Shown piece by piece: positions 1-8,895 of a DNA stretch of 32,000 bases (position 1 is the first letter of the stretch; each line of letters opens with the position of its first letter). This DNA comes from Coprobacillaceae bacterium. Lineage in GTDB: Bacteria; Bacillota_I; Bacilli_A; Erysipelotrichales; Coprobacillaceae. The stretch lies in NCBI GenBank assembly GCA_963675515.1, contig OY776328.1, positions 540,001-572,000 on the forward strand. The letters run 5' to 3'. Under the pieces are notes generated by a model. That model made no database searches, had not been told where the DNA came from, and saw only the letters and a list, made by a program, of their open reading frames with translations. The translations under genes were made by a program, and so were the position numbers.

Positions 1-752
1 TCATCTTCGGTCTTGTCCGTCACCTGTTCACAATGACGAGTTACGATGATTTCAATACGGCCATTTATACGATTGTCCAAAAACCACTGGTAAGCCTTGG
101 AGCCAGCCCGATCACCTACATCCTGCTTATCGTTGTCTGCTCGCTGCTGTGGTTCGTGGGAATCCATGGGGGAATGATTGTAATGCCGATCCTAAGCATG
201 CTTTACATGCCGGCATTGCTTGAAAACCTGGCTGCATTTGAAGCCGGGACTCAGCTGCCAAATATCATCACCTATTCGACCTGGTCGCTTATTGCTTCAT
301 TGGGTGGGGCCGGAGGAACATTGGGGCTTTGCATCCTGATGCTGTTCCTGTCGAAATCGGTCCGCTACAAGACACTGGGCAAACTGGCAATCGGTCCGGG
401 CATCTGTGGCATCAATGAGCCGATCACCTTCGGTTATCCGATGATGCTCAATACTGTCATGCTTATCCCGATGGTGGTCACTCCGGTGGTCACATTCCTG
501 ATCAGCTATTTTGCGATGTCGGCCGGTATCGTCCCAAGTCCAAACGGGGTGACTGTCGCCTTGGGAACACCGGTAATCTTCTCGGGACTGATGGCCATCG
601 GCTGGCAGGGAGCAGTGCTGCAGGTGTTCCTTATTGTGATCCAGATGGCGTTCTACTTCCCTTTCTTCAGACTCTCAGACAAGATGGCGTATGATGAGGA
701 ACAGGCCAACGAACAAGTCAAATCAATGGAAGAAAAAGCGGTAAACGCATAA
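1..752 (+). CDS. PTS EIIC subunit, lactose/cellobiose (Lac) family; 3' part only, the gene starts upstream of the window
   Basis: The frame is open from the window edge, with no stop before the Met at 33. The product is a polytopic hydrophobic protein. Its WFVGIHGG and GINEPITFGYP motifs align with VIGIHGT and NINETMTFGLP of the complete EIIC at 7565-8884. The residues before Met33 (IFGLVRHLFT) also align with that paralog. Confidence 0.85.
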   Translation, partial: IFGLVRHLFTMTSYDDFNTAIYTIVQKPLVSLGASPITYILLIVVCSLLWFVGIHGGMIVMPILSMLYMPALLENLAAFEAGTQLPNIITYSTWSLIASLGGAGGTLGLCILMLFLSKSVRYKTLGKLAIGPGICGINEPITFGYPMMLNTVMLIPMVVTPVVTFLISYFAMSAGIVPSPNGVTVALGTPVIFSGLMAIGWQGAVLQVFLIVIQMAFYFPFFRLSDKMAYDEEQANEQVKSMEEKAVNA

Positions 753-815
753 TTATCCATGGAAGAGTGGGATGTTTCCATTCTTCCATGTCAACTTAGA
801 AGTTAGGAGAACTTT

Positions 816-2288
816 ATGAAACCGAATATTGTCTATTTTGTCGCCGACCAGATGAGATGTGATTCCCTGGCCCATATGGGCAACGAGGCAAGCATCACCC
901 CGAATCTCGATGGCCTGGCAGGGGAGGGCGTTTCGTTTAGAAATGCCTACTGCCAGAATACAGTCTGCGTGCCCTCGCGGTGCAGCTTTTTGACCGGCCT
1001 CTATCCCCATACAACCGGTCATCGGACCATGCACTTCCTGCAAAATCCCGATGAACCCAATTTCCTAAGGACAATGAAACAAAGCGGCTACGAGGTGATC
1101 TGGATCGGACGCAACGATATCATCCCGGCGGACCGGTCCAAGGTAGATTATTGCGATGTCTATTTCGACGGTCTGGAAAAGATCGACAAGAAAGACATGG
1201 TCAAGAGTCGTGGCATGAGACACCATGAACCTAAGGAAGTGGATTTCACCGCACCGGGTTATTACGCCCATTACATCGGCAAGATAAGTGAATTGCAGGC
1301 CCGCAACGGCTCAGGCATGATGAATGACTGGGTTGCCCTGGAGAGTGCGATGGAATATCTCGAGCAAAGAAAAAGCGACAAGCCTTTTTTCCTCTATCTG
1401 ACATTGACCTACCCTCATCCGCCTTATGCCTGCGAAGATCCGTGGTTCTCGATGATCGACCGGACCTTGGTGAAAAAGCGGAGGCCTGGTGCGATGACAT
1501 TGAAAGACAAACCATCAATGCTCCAGGAAATCGCCAGAAAACAGAACCTTGCCAACTGGGGCGAGGCCAACTTCACCGAGATGCGGGCGACTTACCTGGC
1601 GATGGTGGCCCGGTTCGACCACCAGTTTGGAATGCTTAAGGAAAAACTGAAGGAACTGGACATCTATGACAATACAAGCATCTTTGTCTTTAGTGACCAT
1701 GGCGATTACACGGGCGATTACGACATTGCCGAAAAAGTCCAGAACTGCTTCGACAACCCGGTATGCAACATTCCCCTGATTGTAAAACCGGCCAAACAGT
1801 TCGCGGTGAATCCGAGGATTTCCGAGGCTCTGGTTGAGCTCGTCGACCTGAGTGCGACGGTTGCTTCGATGTGCGATGTGGAAATCGAGTATGTCCAATT
1901 CGGAAAATCATTGTTGCCGGTATTGGAAAAGGAACAGGAACACAAGGATGCGGTTTTTTGCGAAGGAGGCCGGATCCATGGCGAAACCTGGGCCATGGAA
2001 AAAGGGCACGGGCCTGAGTCGGAATACTGGCCCCGCCTCGATACCCAATCAAGCGAAGGTCCGGAACATACCAAGGCGGTCATGATCCGGATGGGCGATA
2101 TGAAATATGTCTACCGTCTTTACGAATCGGAAGAACTGTACGACCTTGCAAGCGACCCTGATGAGCTTGAAAACATCATCAACGATCCTGATTGCAGGCA
2201 GCAGGTGATGGAATTCAAATCCCGGATGCTTGACTGGTTTGTCGAAACCGGAGACATCGTTCCCAACCGCCGGGATCTGCGCATTTAA
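816..2288 (+). CDS. Cys-type (formylglycine-dependent) sulfatase, apparently cytoplasmic
   Basis: AGGAG lies 6 nt upstream of the ATG. There is an N-terminal VADQMRCD block and the canonical C-x-P-S-R-x-x-x-L-T-G signature (CVPSRCSFLTG; Cys51 is nt 966-968). No signal peptide or TM segment is visible. Confidence 0.9.
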   Translation: MKPNIVYFVADQMRCDSLAHMGNEASITPNLDGLAGEGVSFRNAYCQNTVCVPSRCSFLTGLYPHTTGHRTMHFLQNPDEPNFLRTMKQSGYEVIWIGRNDIIPADRSKVDYCDVYFDGLEKIDKKDMVKSRGMRHHEPKEVDFTAPGYYAHYIGKISELQARNGSGMMNDWVALESAMEYLEQRKSDKPFFLYLTLTYPHPPYACEDPWFSMIDRTLVKKRRPGAMTLKDKPSMLQEIARKQNLANWGEANFTEMRATYLAMVARFDHQFGMLKEKLKELDIYDNTSIFVFSDHGDYTGDYDIAEKVQNCFDNPVCNIPLIVKPAKQFAVNPRISEALVELVDLSATVASMCDVEIEYVQFGKSLLPVLEKEQEHKDAVFCEGGRIHGETWAMEKGHGPESEYWPRLDTQSSEGPEHTKAVMIRMGDMKYVYRLYESEELYDLASDPDELENIINDPDCRQQVMEFKSRMLDWFVETGDIVPNRRDLRI

Positions 2289-2312
2289 GGAAACGGAAAT
2301 ATCAATACTTTT

Positions 2313-2335
2313 GAGAACTCAGGTTCTCTTTTTTG
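2313..2335 (+). terminator. Rho-independent terminator after the sulfatase gene
   Basis: GAGAAC-tcag-GTTCTC perfect 6-bp stem followed by TTTTTTT. Confidence 0.75.
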
Positions 2336-2508
2336 TGCAATTGAACCCTGGACGTTATCAAAAGCAGGCCAACAGGAGGATGGTGACATGTCGCAGCTCA
2401 TCCCGATCTCCGGGGTGTGATTATCCTAATTGAAGTTGGCAATACATTTCGGGAAATTGGAAATAATAAAAAATGATTGTTTTTGAAATCGGTTTCCTGC
2501 GTTTTTTG

Positions 2509-2536
2509 TTTACATTCCCCGGGAAAAAGGTAAAAT
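2509..2536 (+). promoter_or_regulatory. Candidate sigma-A promoter for the shikimate dehydrogenase gene
   Basis: TTTACA (2509-2514), 16-nt spacer, TAAAAT (2531-2536), about 50 nt upstream of the ATG at 2586. Confidence 0.4.
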
Positions 2537-2585
2537 TGATGTCAAAGCAAATTTCATTGAAGATTACAAGCGGGGGAGACTACAG

Positions 2586-3458
2586 ATGGCACAACGAATT
2601 ACCGGATACACTGAATTGATCGGATTGATCGCCTATCCGATCAGGCACTCCAGCTCGCCAAAAATGCATAATGAGGCATTTGCGAAACTGGGGCTTGACT
2701 ACGCCTATCTTGCCTTTGAAGTCGACAACGAGACCCTCGAGGACACCATCAAAGGGTTCAAAGCGATGAAGGTTCGGGGCTGGAATGTATCCATGCCAAA
2801 CAAGACGGAAATCCACCGCTACCTTGATGAACTCACACCGGCGGCAAAGCTGTGCGGTGCTGTGAATACTGTGGTCAATGACAATGGCGTGCTCACCGGA
2901 CATATAACAGATGGGATCGGGTATATGGAAGCCCTGAAAGATGCGGATATCGATGTGATCAACCAGAAGATGACCATCGTAGGAGCCGGGGGAGCGGCAA
3001 CCGCCATCGCCATCCAGGCGGCGCTCGATGGGGTCAGGGAAATATCCATCTTCAACACAAGAGACAAGTTCTGGGCCAGGGGCAAGAAGACGGTCGCTGA
3101 TATTAATAGCTTTACTGATTGTATCGCATCACTCCACGACCTTGAAGATCTTGACGATCTCAAAAAGGAGATCCAATCCAGTTTTCTTTTCACCAATGCG
3201 ACCGGAATGGGTATGGAGCCGTTTGTCGGGAAAACCTATATTCCCGACAAGTCGTTTTTCCGCTCTGACTTGTACGTGACCGACATCGTCTATTCCCCGT
3301 CTGAAACAGCTTTGCTCAAGCTGGCCAAAGAGGCGGGGTGCAGGACCATGAACGGATTTGGGATGATGCTTTTCCAAGGCGCGGCCGCATTCAAATTGTG
3401 GACCGGCCAGGATATGCCGGTTGAGTACATAAAAGAAGTGATGGATATCAGGTATTAG
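2586..3458 (+). CDS. aroE: Shikimate (or quinate/shikimate) dehydrogenase
   Basis: GGGGGAG SD 7 nt upstream. GLIAYPIRHSSSPKMHN substrate-binding block, NVSMPNK motif and GAGGAATAI Rossmann loop. Length of 290 aa is typical of the family. Confidence 0.82.
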   Translation: MAQRITGYTELIGLIAYPIRHSSSPKMHNEAFAKLGLDYAYLAFEVDNETLEDTIKGFKAMKVRGWNVSMPNKTEIHRYLDELTPAAKLCGAVNTVVNDNGVLTGHITDGIGYMEALKDADIDVINQKMTIVGAGGAATAIAIQAALDGVREISIFNTRDKFWARGKKTVADINSFTDCIASLHDLEDLDDLKKEIQSSFLFTNATGMGMEPFVGKTYIPDKSFFRSDLYVTDIVYSPSETALLKLAKEAGCRTMNGFGMMLFQGAAAFKLWTGQDMPVEYIKEVMDIRY

Positions 3459-3486
3459 AATAAATATCGGCATCAGAACATAGATG

Positions 3487-3530
3487 AAATGACCCTGCGA
3501 TTTTGAGTGTGAATTGCAGGGTCATTTTAA
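3487..3530. terminator. Hairpin terminator between the convergent aroE and chromate-transporter genes
   Basis: AAATGACCCTGC ... GCAGGGTCATTT is a 12-bp perfect inverted repeat. T-run on the plus side, weaker on the minus side. Confidence 0.6.
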
Positions 3531-3576
3531 TATGTATTGAAAGGATAAAGTTATCGGTTTGTTGAAATGAGGGACA

Positions 3577-4113
3577 TCAGATGAACATGTAGCCAACCAT
3601 GCCGACCAGCCCGCATGAAAGCATTGTGAGTATCGGCGAAAACTTGAATTTGCCAAGGAGCACCAGTCCCAGGACGACAATGGCGATCCCGAAATAGTTG
3701 ATCCCCTCTTCGAAGGCCATCAGCTTGAAAATCGAGATCCCGGCACTCATGATCAAAGCGACAACCGCCGGGCGCAGGGCTGAAAGGACGCTTTGGATCA
3801 CGCTGAGATTCTTGTAGCGGTAATAGAGGAAACTGAGGATTCCCACAATGATGATTGAAGGAGTCACACAGCCCAGGGTTGCGACCAATGCGCCAGGCAG
3901 ACCGGCAACCTTGGTTCCCACGAATGTCGCCGAGTTGACGGCGATCGGTCCGGGCGTCATTTCGGCCAAGGTGATCAGATCCGAAAACTCGGTCATGGTC
4001 AGCCATTGCAGTTTGGAAACGATTTGTTCCTGGACCAGGGGGATTGCGGCCATGCCGCCCCCGAAGCTGAACGCTCCGATCTGGAAGAAGCTTATGAAAA
4101 GTCTAATCCACAT
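3577..4113 (-). CDS. Chromate transporter (CHR family), short-chain subunit 2
   Basis: GGAGGTGA SD. 178-aa polytopic protein with FQIGAFSFGGGMAAIP and TPGPIAVN motifs. Overlaps the upstream partner by 11 nt. Confidence 0.85.
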   Translation of the reverse strand: MWIRLFISFFQIGAFSFGGGMAAIPLVQEQIVSKLQWLTMTEFSDLITLAEMTPGPIAVNSATFVGTKVAGLPGALVATLGCVTPSIIIVGILSFLYYRYKNLSVIQSVLSALRPAVVALIMSAGISIFKLMAFEEGINYFGIAIVVLGLVLLGKFKFSPILTMLSCGLVGMVGYMFI

Positions 4114-4681
4114 TTCCTTTCACCTCCACTTTTTGTTTAGACATACTGAAGAAGTTGGCGATTATTCCCACTGAAGCGCAGCCCAGGATTATCACGGTGA
4201 CTGAAAGACCCAGGAACAGTTTAAGGCTAAGGCAAACAGCGAGCAGACTTATGATCAAAGGACTTCTGGTTTTCAACAATTTAAGGGATAGGTCGAATAC
4301 CGTATGGAAGATGATCGCCACCACGCCTGATTGCATCGCACGAAGAAACAATGAAATATAATAGTTGCTCCTGAACTGTTCGTAAAAAAGAGATATTATG
4401 GAGATGATGATGATCGGGGGCAAAACTGTCCCGAGTATCGCAAGCAGGGCCCCGGGCAGCTTTCCGATCTTGAAGCCGATCAATATGGCGGCATTGATGG
4501 CGACGGCTCCAGGTGCCGACTGGGCGATGGCGATAAGGTCGAGCATTTCGTTGTCCTCGATCCAGCCAAGTTCCTCCACAAATTTGGCCTTCATCAGCGG
4601 GATGATGACATAACCTCCGCCGAATGTGAATGATGACAGGTAGAAAGTCGAACTGAACAATGTCAGGTATTTATTTTTCAT
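4103..4681 (-). CDS. Chromate transporter (CHR family), short-chain subunit 1
   Basis: GAGGAGG SD. 192-aa polytopic protein with FTFGGGYVIIPLM and SAPGAVAINAA motifs, paralogous to the downstream half. Confidence 0.85.
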   Translation of the reverse strand: MKNKYLTLFSSTFYLSSFTFGGGYVIIPLMKAKFVEELGWIEDNEMLDLIAIAQSAPGAVAINAAILIGFKIGKLPGALLAILGTVLPPIIIISIISLFYEQFRSNYYISLFLRAMQSGVVAIIFHTVFDLSLKLLKTRSPLIISLLAVCLSLKLFLGLSVTVIILGCASVGIIANFFSMSKQKVEVKGNVD

Positions 4682-4779
4682 TTGATGTTCCTCCTCGCTA
4701 TCATTCTAATCCAGATTGATGTATAATAAAAATACATAAAACAAATACAACTTATATTGAAATTGTTATGGAGGTTGAG

Positions 4780-5643
4780 ATGAATATAAACTACTTGCGG
4801 ATTTTCAAAGCTGTTTGTGACGAAGGCGGGGTGACCAAGGCCAGCAAAAAGCTGTATATCGCCCAGCCTTCGGTGTCCCTGGCAATCAAGGAACTTGAAA
4901 AGAATTATGAGGTCAAGCTGTTCGATCGGATCTCGCGCAAGCTTATTTTGACCGCCAAAGGGCAGCAGCTATATGATTATGTGACCGACATCCTGCCGCT
5001 TATTGACGAGATCGATGAGAAGCTCAAGGAAGGCGACCAGGTCGGCGGCAGGCTAAGGATCGGCAGTTCGGTGACTTTCGGGAATTACTATCTTATCGAC
5101 CTTGTCTCCGCTTTGAAAAAGGAATATCCTCAGCTGGAATTCCAGCTGACAATCGACTCTTCATATGCGATTGAGGAGCTGGTCGCAAACAACGGTGTGG
5201 ACCTGGGAATCATTGAAGGGCACAGCCATCTTGAAAACATCCACAGCCGGATCATCCTGGATGACGACCTGGTCTATGTAAAAAGCAGGGATTTCGAGCG
5301 GAAGATCGAAACGTATGATGATCTCAACAACTGCGAGGTGCTGCTTCGCAACCTCGGATCGGCCCATCGCGAGATCTTTGATGGGCTGATGAAAGCCCAC
5401 GACATCAATCCCAAGATAGTGATGGAATCGATCAGCACGAGCGCCCTGATCGAGGGGTGCATCCACGGGCTGGGACTGGCTTTTTTGCCCCACAAGTTTA
5501 TCGAGGACTACCTTGAAAATGGGCTGGTAACTATTAGCGCATTGCCGGTTGTCAAACGGAACTATTTCCTGATCACCCATCAGAACAAATATGTGAGCAA
5601 CAATATGGAGATTTTCATCAGACAATTGGAAAAAATCAGGTGA
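4780..5643 (+). CDS. LysR-family transcriptional regulator, divergent from the chromate-transporter pair
   Basis: N-terminal LysR wHTH (MNINYLRIFKAVCDEGGVTKASKKLYIAQPSVSLAIKELE) plus a substrate-binding-like C-terminal domain. I prefer the ATG at 4780 (GGAGG 5 nt upstream) over the ORF-track start at 4768. Confidence 0.88.
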   Translation: MNINYLRIFKAVCDEGGVTKASKKLYIAQPSVSLAIKELEKNYEVKLFDRISRKLILTAKGQQLYDYVTDILPLIDEIDEKLKEGDQVGGRLRIGSSVTFGNYYLIDLVSALKKEYPQLEFQLTIDSSYAIEELVANNGVDLGIIEGHSHLENIHSRIILDDDLVYVKSRDFERKIETYDDLNNCEVLLRNLGSAHREIFDGLMKAHDINPKIVMESISTSALIEGCIHGLGLAFLPHKFIEDYLENGLVTISALPVVKRNYFLITHQNKYVSNNMEIFIRQLEKIR

Positions 5644-5694
5644 CAATTCCGTTTTGTGTGGTAGAATGTCTTTTATTGTTTAAGAGGTAAGAAT

Positions 5695-7410
5695 ATGGAT
5701 AAAACGAAAATGGAAGAATTCCTGTCTGTCGCCAGGGGTGAAAAGCCAGCTGAGCTGGTGATTGTAAATTGCAGGATTGTCGATGTCTACTTAAAGAGGA
5801 TCGTAACGGGAAATGTCGCCATCCATGACGGGTTGATTGTGGGTATCGGCGATTACCAGGGCGAAAAGACAGTCGATGGAAAAGGTAACTATCTTGCACC
5901 GGGGCTGATCGATTCCCACATCCACCTTGAATCGACGTATCTTGGAGTGGAGCAGGCGGCAGGGTTGATGATGGCTCGGGGGACAACGACGATAATAGCC
6001 GATCCCCACGAGATAGTCAATGTCGCAAACAATGCTGGCATGCAATACATGCTTGACGCCGGGGCGAATACGCCTTTGTCGATCAAGTACATGCTCCCTT
6101 CATGTGTTCCAGCCTGCGCGATCGAGGATCTTGTCACGCCGTTCACTGTGGACGACATGCGCCATTTTGCGGGCCATCCCGACGTCATCGGTCTTGGGGA
6201 AATGATGGATTATCCAGGACTGGTTGGCGGTGATGAAGGGGTGTTGGACAAGATTGTCTTTGCCCATGAAAACTCCCTGATTATCGACGGGCATGCCCCG
6301 ATGCTAGGTGATGGCACCCTGGATGGCTACATCGGCTCATCGATCAGGACCGACCATGAGTGCACGAGTGTCGATGAGCTTAATGAACGAATTGCCCGGG
6401 GCATGTATGTTATGCTGCGCAACGGCTCGGCAGCCCGGGATCTTGAAAACCTCCTGCCAGGAGTAAATGAGACCACATCCCGTTATTGCCTGCTTTGTAG
6501 CGATGACAAGGAGGTCGAACACATGATCAACCAGGGCCATATTGACCAAAGCCTGCGCATCTGCGTCAACCATGGCATCGACCCGCTGACGGCACTGCAA
6601 ATGGCAACCATCAATGCGGCGCAGTGCTATCGCCTTGATGATCGCGGGGCGATCGCTCCGGGAAAACGGGCGGATCTGGTTTTCTTCAAGGATCTCAAGG
6701 ATTTCAAGGTCATCCGGGTCATGATTTCCGGCCAGACTGTTTTTGATAACGGAAAAATCCAGGTGGAAATCAAACCGATTGGCTATGGAAGTGTCGCCAA
6801 CTCGATGCATGTCAGTGATTTTTCAATCGAGAGGTTGAAAATCAAGCTCAAAGATAAAAAGGTCATCGCAATGGAAACCCTGGCCCATTCCCTGCTGACA
6901 AGGAAGATCGAAGTGGTTCCTGATCGTGACGAACATGGATGGTTCAAGTTTTCAAATGACGGCCTCAACAAGATCGCGGTGATCGACCGCCATAAGGGTA
7001 GCGGTGCCATCGGGCTGGGGCTGATCAGGGGATTTGGCATCACTAAGGGAGCATTGGCGCTGACCATCGCCCATGATTCGCATCACCTGATCGCCATCGG
7101 TGCCAATGACCGCGACATGGCGGTTGCGGTGAACCGGCTTAATGAATGCCAAGGCGGAATTGTCGTCGCAAACGACAATCAGGTGATCGCAGAACTCCAA
7201 ATGCCCATTGCCGGGTTGATGAGCGATCTGCAACCAGATCAGGTCAAAGACAGGCTCAAGGACATCCATGAAAAGTGCCACAAGGTGCTGGGTATCCAGG
7301 AGGACGAACCAATTGTGAAACTCTCGTTCATGGCCTTGCCGGTCATCCCGGAGATAAAAATGACCCCGAAGGGACTTTTCGATGTTACCCGATTCGAATT
7401 TGTGGACTAG
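5695..7410 (+). CDS. ade: Adenine deaminase (amidohydrolase superfamily)
   Basis: AGAGG SD. GLIDSHIHLEST metal-binding HxH block and IADPHEI. 571-aa two-domain length is typical of adenine deaminase. Confidence 0.88.
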   Translation: MDKTKMEEFLSVARGEKPAELVIVNCRIVDVYLKRIVTGNVAIHDGLIVGIGDYQGEKTVDGKGNYLAPGLIDSHIHLESTYLGVEQAAGLMMARGTTTIIADPHEIVNVANNAGMQYMLDAGANTPLSIKYMLPSCVPACAIEDLVTPFTVDDMRHFAGHPDVIGLGEMMDYPGLVGGDEGVLDKIVFAHENSLIIDGHAPMLGDGTLDGYIGSSIRTDHECTSVDELNERIARGMYVMLRNGSAARDLENLLPGVNETTSRYCLLCSDDKEVEHMINQGHIDQSLRICVNHGIDPLTALQMATINAAQCYRLDDRGAIAPGKRADLVFFKDLKDFKVIRVMISGQTVFDNGKIQVEIKPIGYGSVANSMHVSDFSIERLKIKLKDKKVIAMETLAHSLLTRKIEVVPDRDEHGWFKFSNDGLNKIAVIDRHKGSGAIGLGLIRGFGITKGALALTIAHDSHHLIAIGANDRDMAVAVNRLNECQGGIVVANDNQVIAELQMPIAGLMSDLQPDQVKDRLKDIHEKCHKVLGIQEDEPIVKLSFMALPVIPEIKMTPKGLFDVTRFEFVD

Positions 7411-7435
7411 CTTGCGCTGGTCCTTTTTTATTTTT
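7404..7435 (+). terminator. Rho-independent terminator after ade
   Basis: GGACTAGC-ttgc-GCTGGTCC 8-bp stem (one G-U pair) that contains the TAG stop, followed by TTTTTTATTTTT. Confidence 0.75.
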
Positions 7436-7512
7436 CGGCAGGAATTTTCATTATTTTAGCCCAAATCGAAGACATGATGGCATCCTGTTGCCAAAGATGT
7501 CAGAACCGCTTC

Positions 7513-7525
7513 TGAAAGCGCATCC
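7513..7525 (+). promoter_or_regulatory. Candidate cre (CcpA) site upstream of the beta-glucoside EIIC gene
   Basis: TGAAAGCGCATCC matches the core of the cre consensus TGNAANCGNWNNC. It lies 40 nt upstream of the EIIC start. Confidence 0.35.
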
Positions 7526-7564
7526 GAACTGATAAGATGATTACAGTTGAAAGGAGAGTTTACT

Positions 7565-8884
7565 ATGGGTGATTATTTAACTGAGAAGTTATTAGTGGTT
7601 GCTTCCAAGATGTCGTCGCAACGGCACATGGTCGCAATCAAAAACGCATTTACGGCATTGTTGCCAATCATCATTACCGGGGCCTTCTGTGTCCTGTTTG
7701 CCAATGTTGTCACTTCGACGACAACTACAGGTATTTCGTTGGCCAAACTGCCAGGGATGGCGTGGCTGTCGAATTTCACTGACATGTTCAACGCGGCATA
7801 CTATGCCTCATTGAACTTCCTGACAGTGCTAGCGGTCATTTTGATCGCAATCGAATTGGGGAAAGAGTTGAAACACAAGGAAACAATCGTGCCGATCGTG
7901 GCATTGTCTTCCTATATCAGCTTGTGCGACACTTTCTTGAAAACAAGCGTGGAAGGTCTGGCTGACCCGGTGACTATCGTCAACGTATTGCCAAGAGCCT
8001 TCACCAATGCCCAAGGTCTGTTTTTGGGGATGATCACGGCTTTGATCGCCACTGAAATCTATGTGAAAATCGTTGACAGTCGCAAGCTGGAAATCAAGAT
8101 GCCTGAAACGGTTCCGACGAACGTTTCCCATTCATTCAATATCCTGTTCCCATCAGTGATCACGATCCTGCTGATTTCCGGATTCGGACTGCTTTTCAAG
8201 ACAGTGTTTGGAATGACTCTTTACGATGCGATCGGGACAATGATCCAGACACCGCTTCGCGGGGTTCTTACCGGTCTTCCGGGTTACCTGCTTATCTTTG
8301 CCTTGTCTTGTGTTTTCTGGGTTATCGGGATCCACGGTACCCAGGTGCTAAAACCGGTTTACCAGGCGACAATGCTTGAGGCGGTGTTGGCCAACACCGA
8401 ACTTGTGAACGCCGGGCAGGCGCCAAAATACATCCTTAATGAAGCCTTCATTTCGGTGTTCACGACAATGTCGGGAGCGGGGATCACAATCGGACTTATC
8501 ATCGCGATTCTGGTCGCTTCAAAACGTGATGACTTCAAAGCCATCGCCAAACTTTCTATAGCGCCTGGTATGTTCAATATCAATGAAACCATGACATTCG
8601 GTTTGCCAATAGTGCTAAATCCGCTGTTCATGATTCCGTTTATCTTGGCACCGATTCTTACCGCATCATTCGCTTATTTCATGACCGTTATCGGATTTTG
8701 CGGCTATATGGTCTATGCGGTCCCTTGGACAACGCCGCCGCTGCTTATCGCCTGGCTTGCATCAGGGGGATCCATGGGAGCTGTAGTCACCCAGGCGATC
8801 TGTATCGTCATTTCCACTTTGGTATATCTGCCATTCGTGTTCGCATCAAATAAAACTATCAATCAAGAACCAGTCAGTGAATAA
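7565..8884 (+). CDS. PTS EIIC subunit, lactose/cellobiose family (beta-glucoside/cellobiose type)
   Basis: AAAGGAGAG SD before the ATG at 7565; the ORF-track start at 7547 is a TTG inside the SD region. About 10 TM segments, with VIGIHGT and NINETMTFGLP motifs. Confidence 0.9.
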   Translation: MGDYLTEKLLVVASKMSSQRHMVAIKNAFTALLPIIITGAFCVLFANVVTSTTTTGISLAKLPGMAWLSNFTDMFNAAYYASLNFLTVLAVILIAIELGKELKHKETIVPIVALSSYISLCDTFLKTSVEGLADPVTIVNVLPRAFTNAQGLFLGMITALIATEIYVKIVDSRKLEIKMPETVPTNVSHSFNILFPSVITILLISGFGLLFKTVFGMTLYDAIGTMIQTPLRGVLTGLPGYLLIFALSCVFWVIGIHGTQVLKPVYQATMLEAVLANTELVNAGQAPKYILNEAFISVFTTMSGAGITIGLIIAILVASKRDDFKAIAKLSIAPGMFNINETMTFGLPIVLNPLFMIPFILAPILTASFAYFMTVIGFCGYMVYAVPWTTPPLLIAWLASGGSMGAVVTQAICIVISTLVYLPFVFASNKTINQEPVSE

Positions 8885-8895
8885 GGAGTAGTCAT

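Noticed and set aside
758-790. A 9-bp perfect hairpin (CATGGAAGA...TCTTCCATG) between the EIIC and sulfatase genes, considered as a terminator or antiterminator target.
   Set aside because: No T-run follows it, and I see no competing RAT-like structure or BglG-type antiterminator gene. It is more likely an mRNA-stability or processing element, and the evidence is too weak to call a feature.
2230-2433. A 67-aa plus-strand ORF overlapping the sulfatase 3' end and running through its terminator.
   Set aside because: It crosses a strong rho-independent terminator and has no SD at its start. Only the AGGAGG-associated micro-ORF inside it was kept, as a low-interest note.
3577-4681. The two short chromate-transporter genes read as a frameshifted pseudogene of one long chrA.
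   Set aside because: Each half has its own strong SD, the two overlap by 11 nt in the manner of coupled genes, and each carries its own CHR motif. Paired short-chain CHR genes are an established arrangement in Bacillus-type genomes.
7547-7564. N-terminal extensions in the ORF track that begin at TTG or distant ATG codons (7547, 9162, 10006, 16930, 21885, 23004, 26721, 4768).
   Set aside because: In each case an internal ATG with a well-spaced Shine-Dalgarno site matches the usual N-terminus of the family. The extension would overlap a terminator, an SD or the upstream gene.
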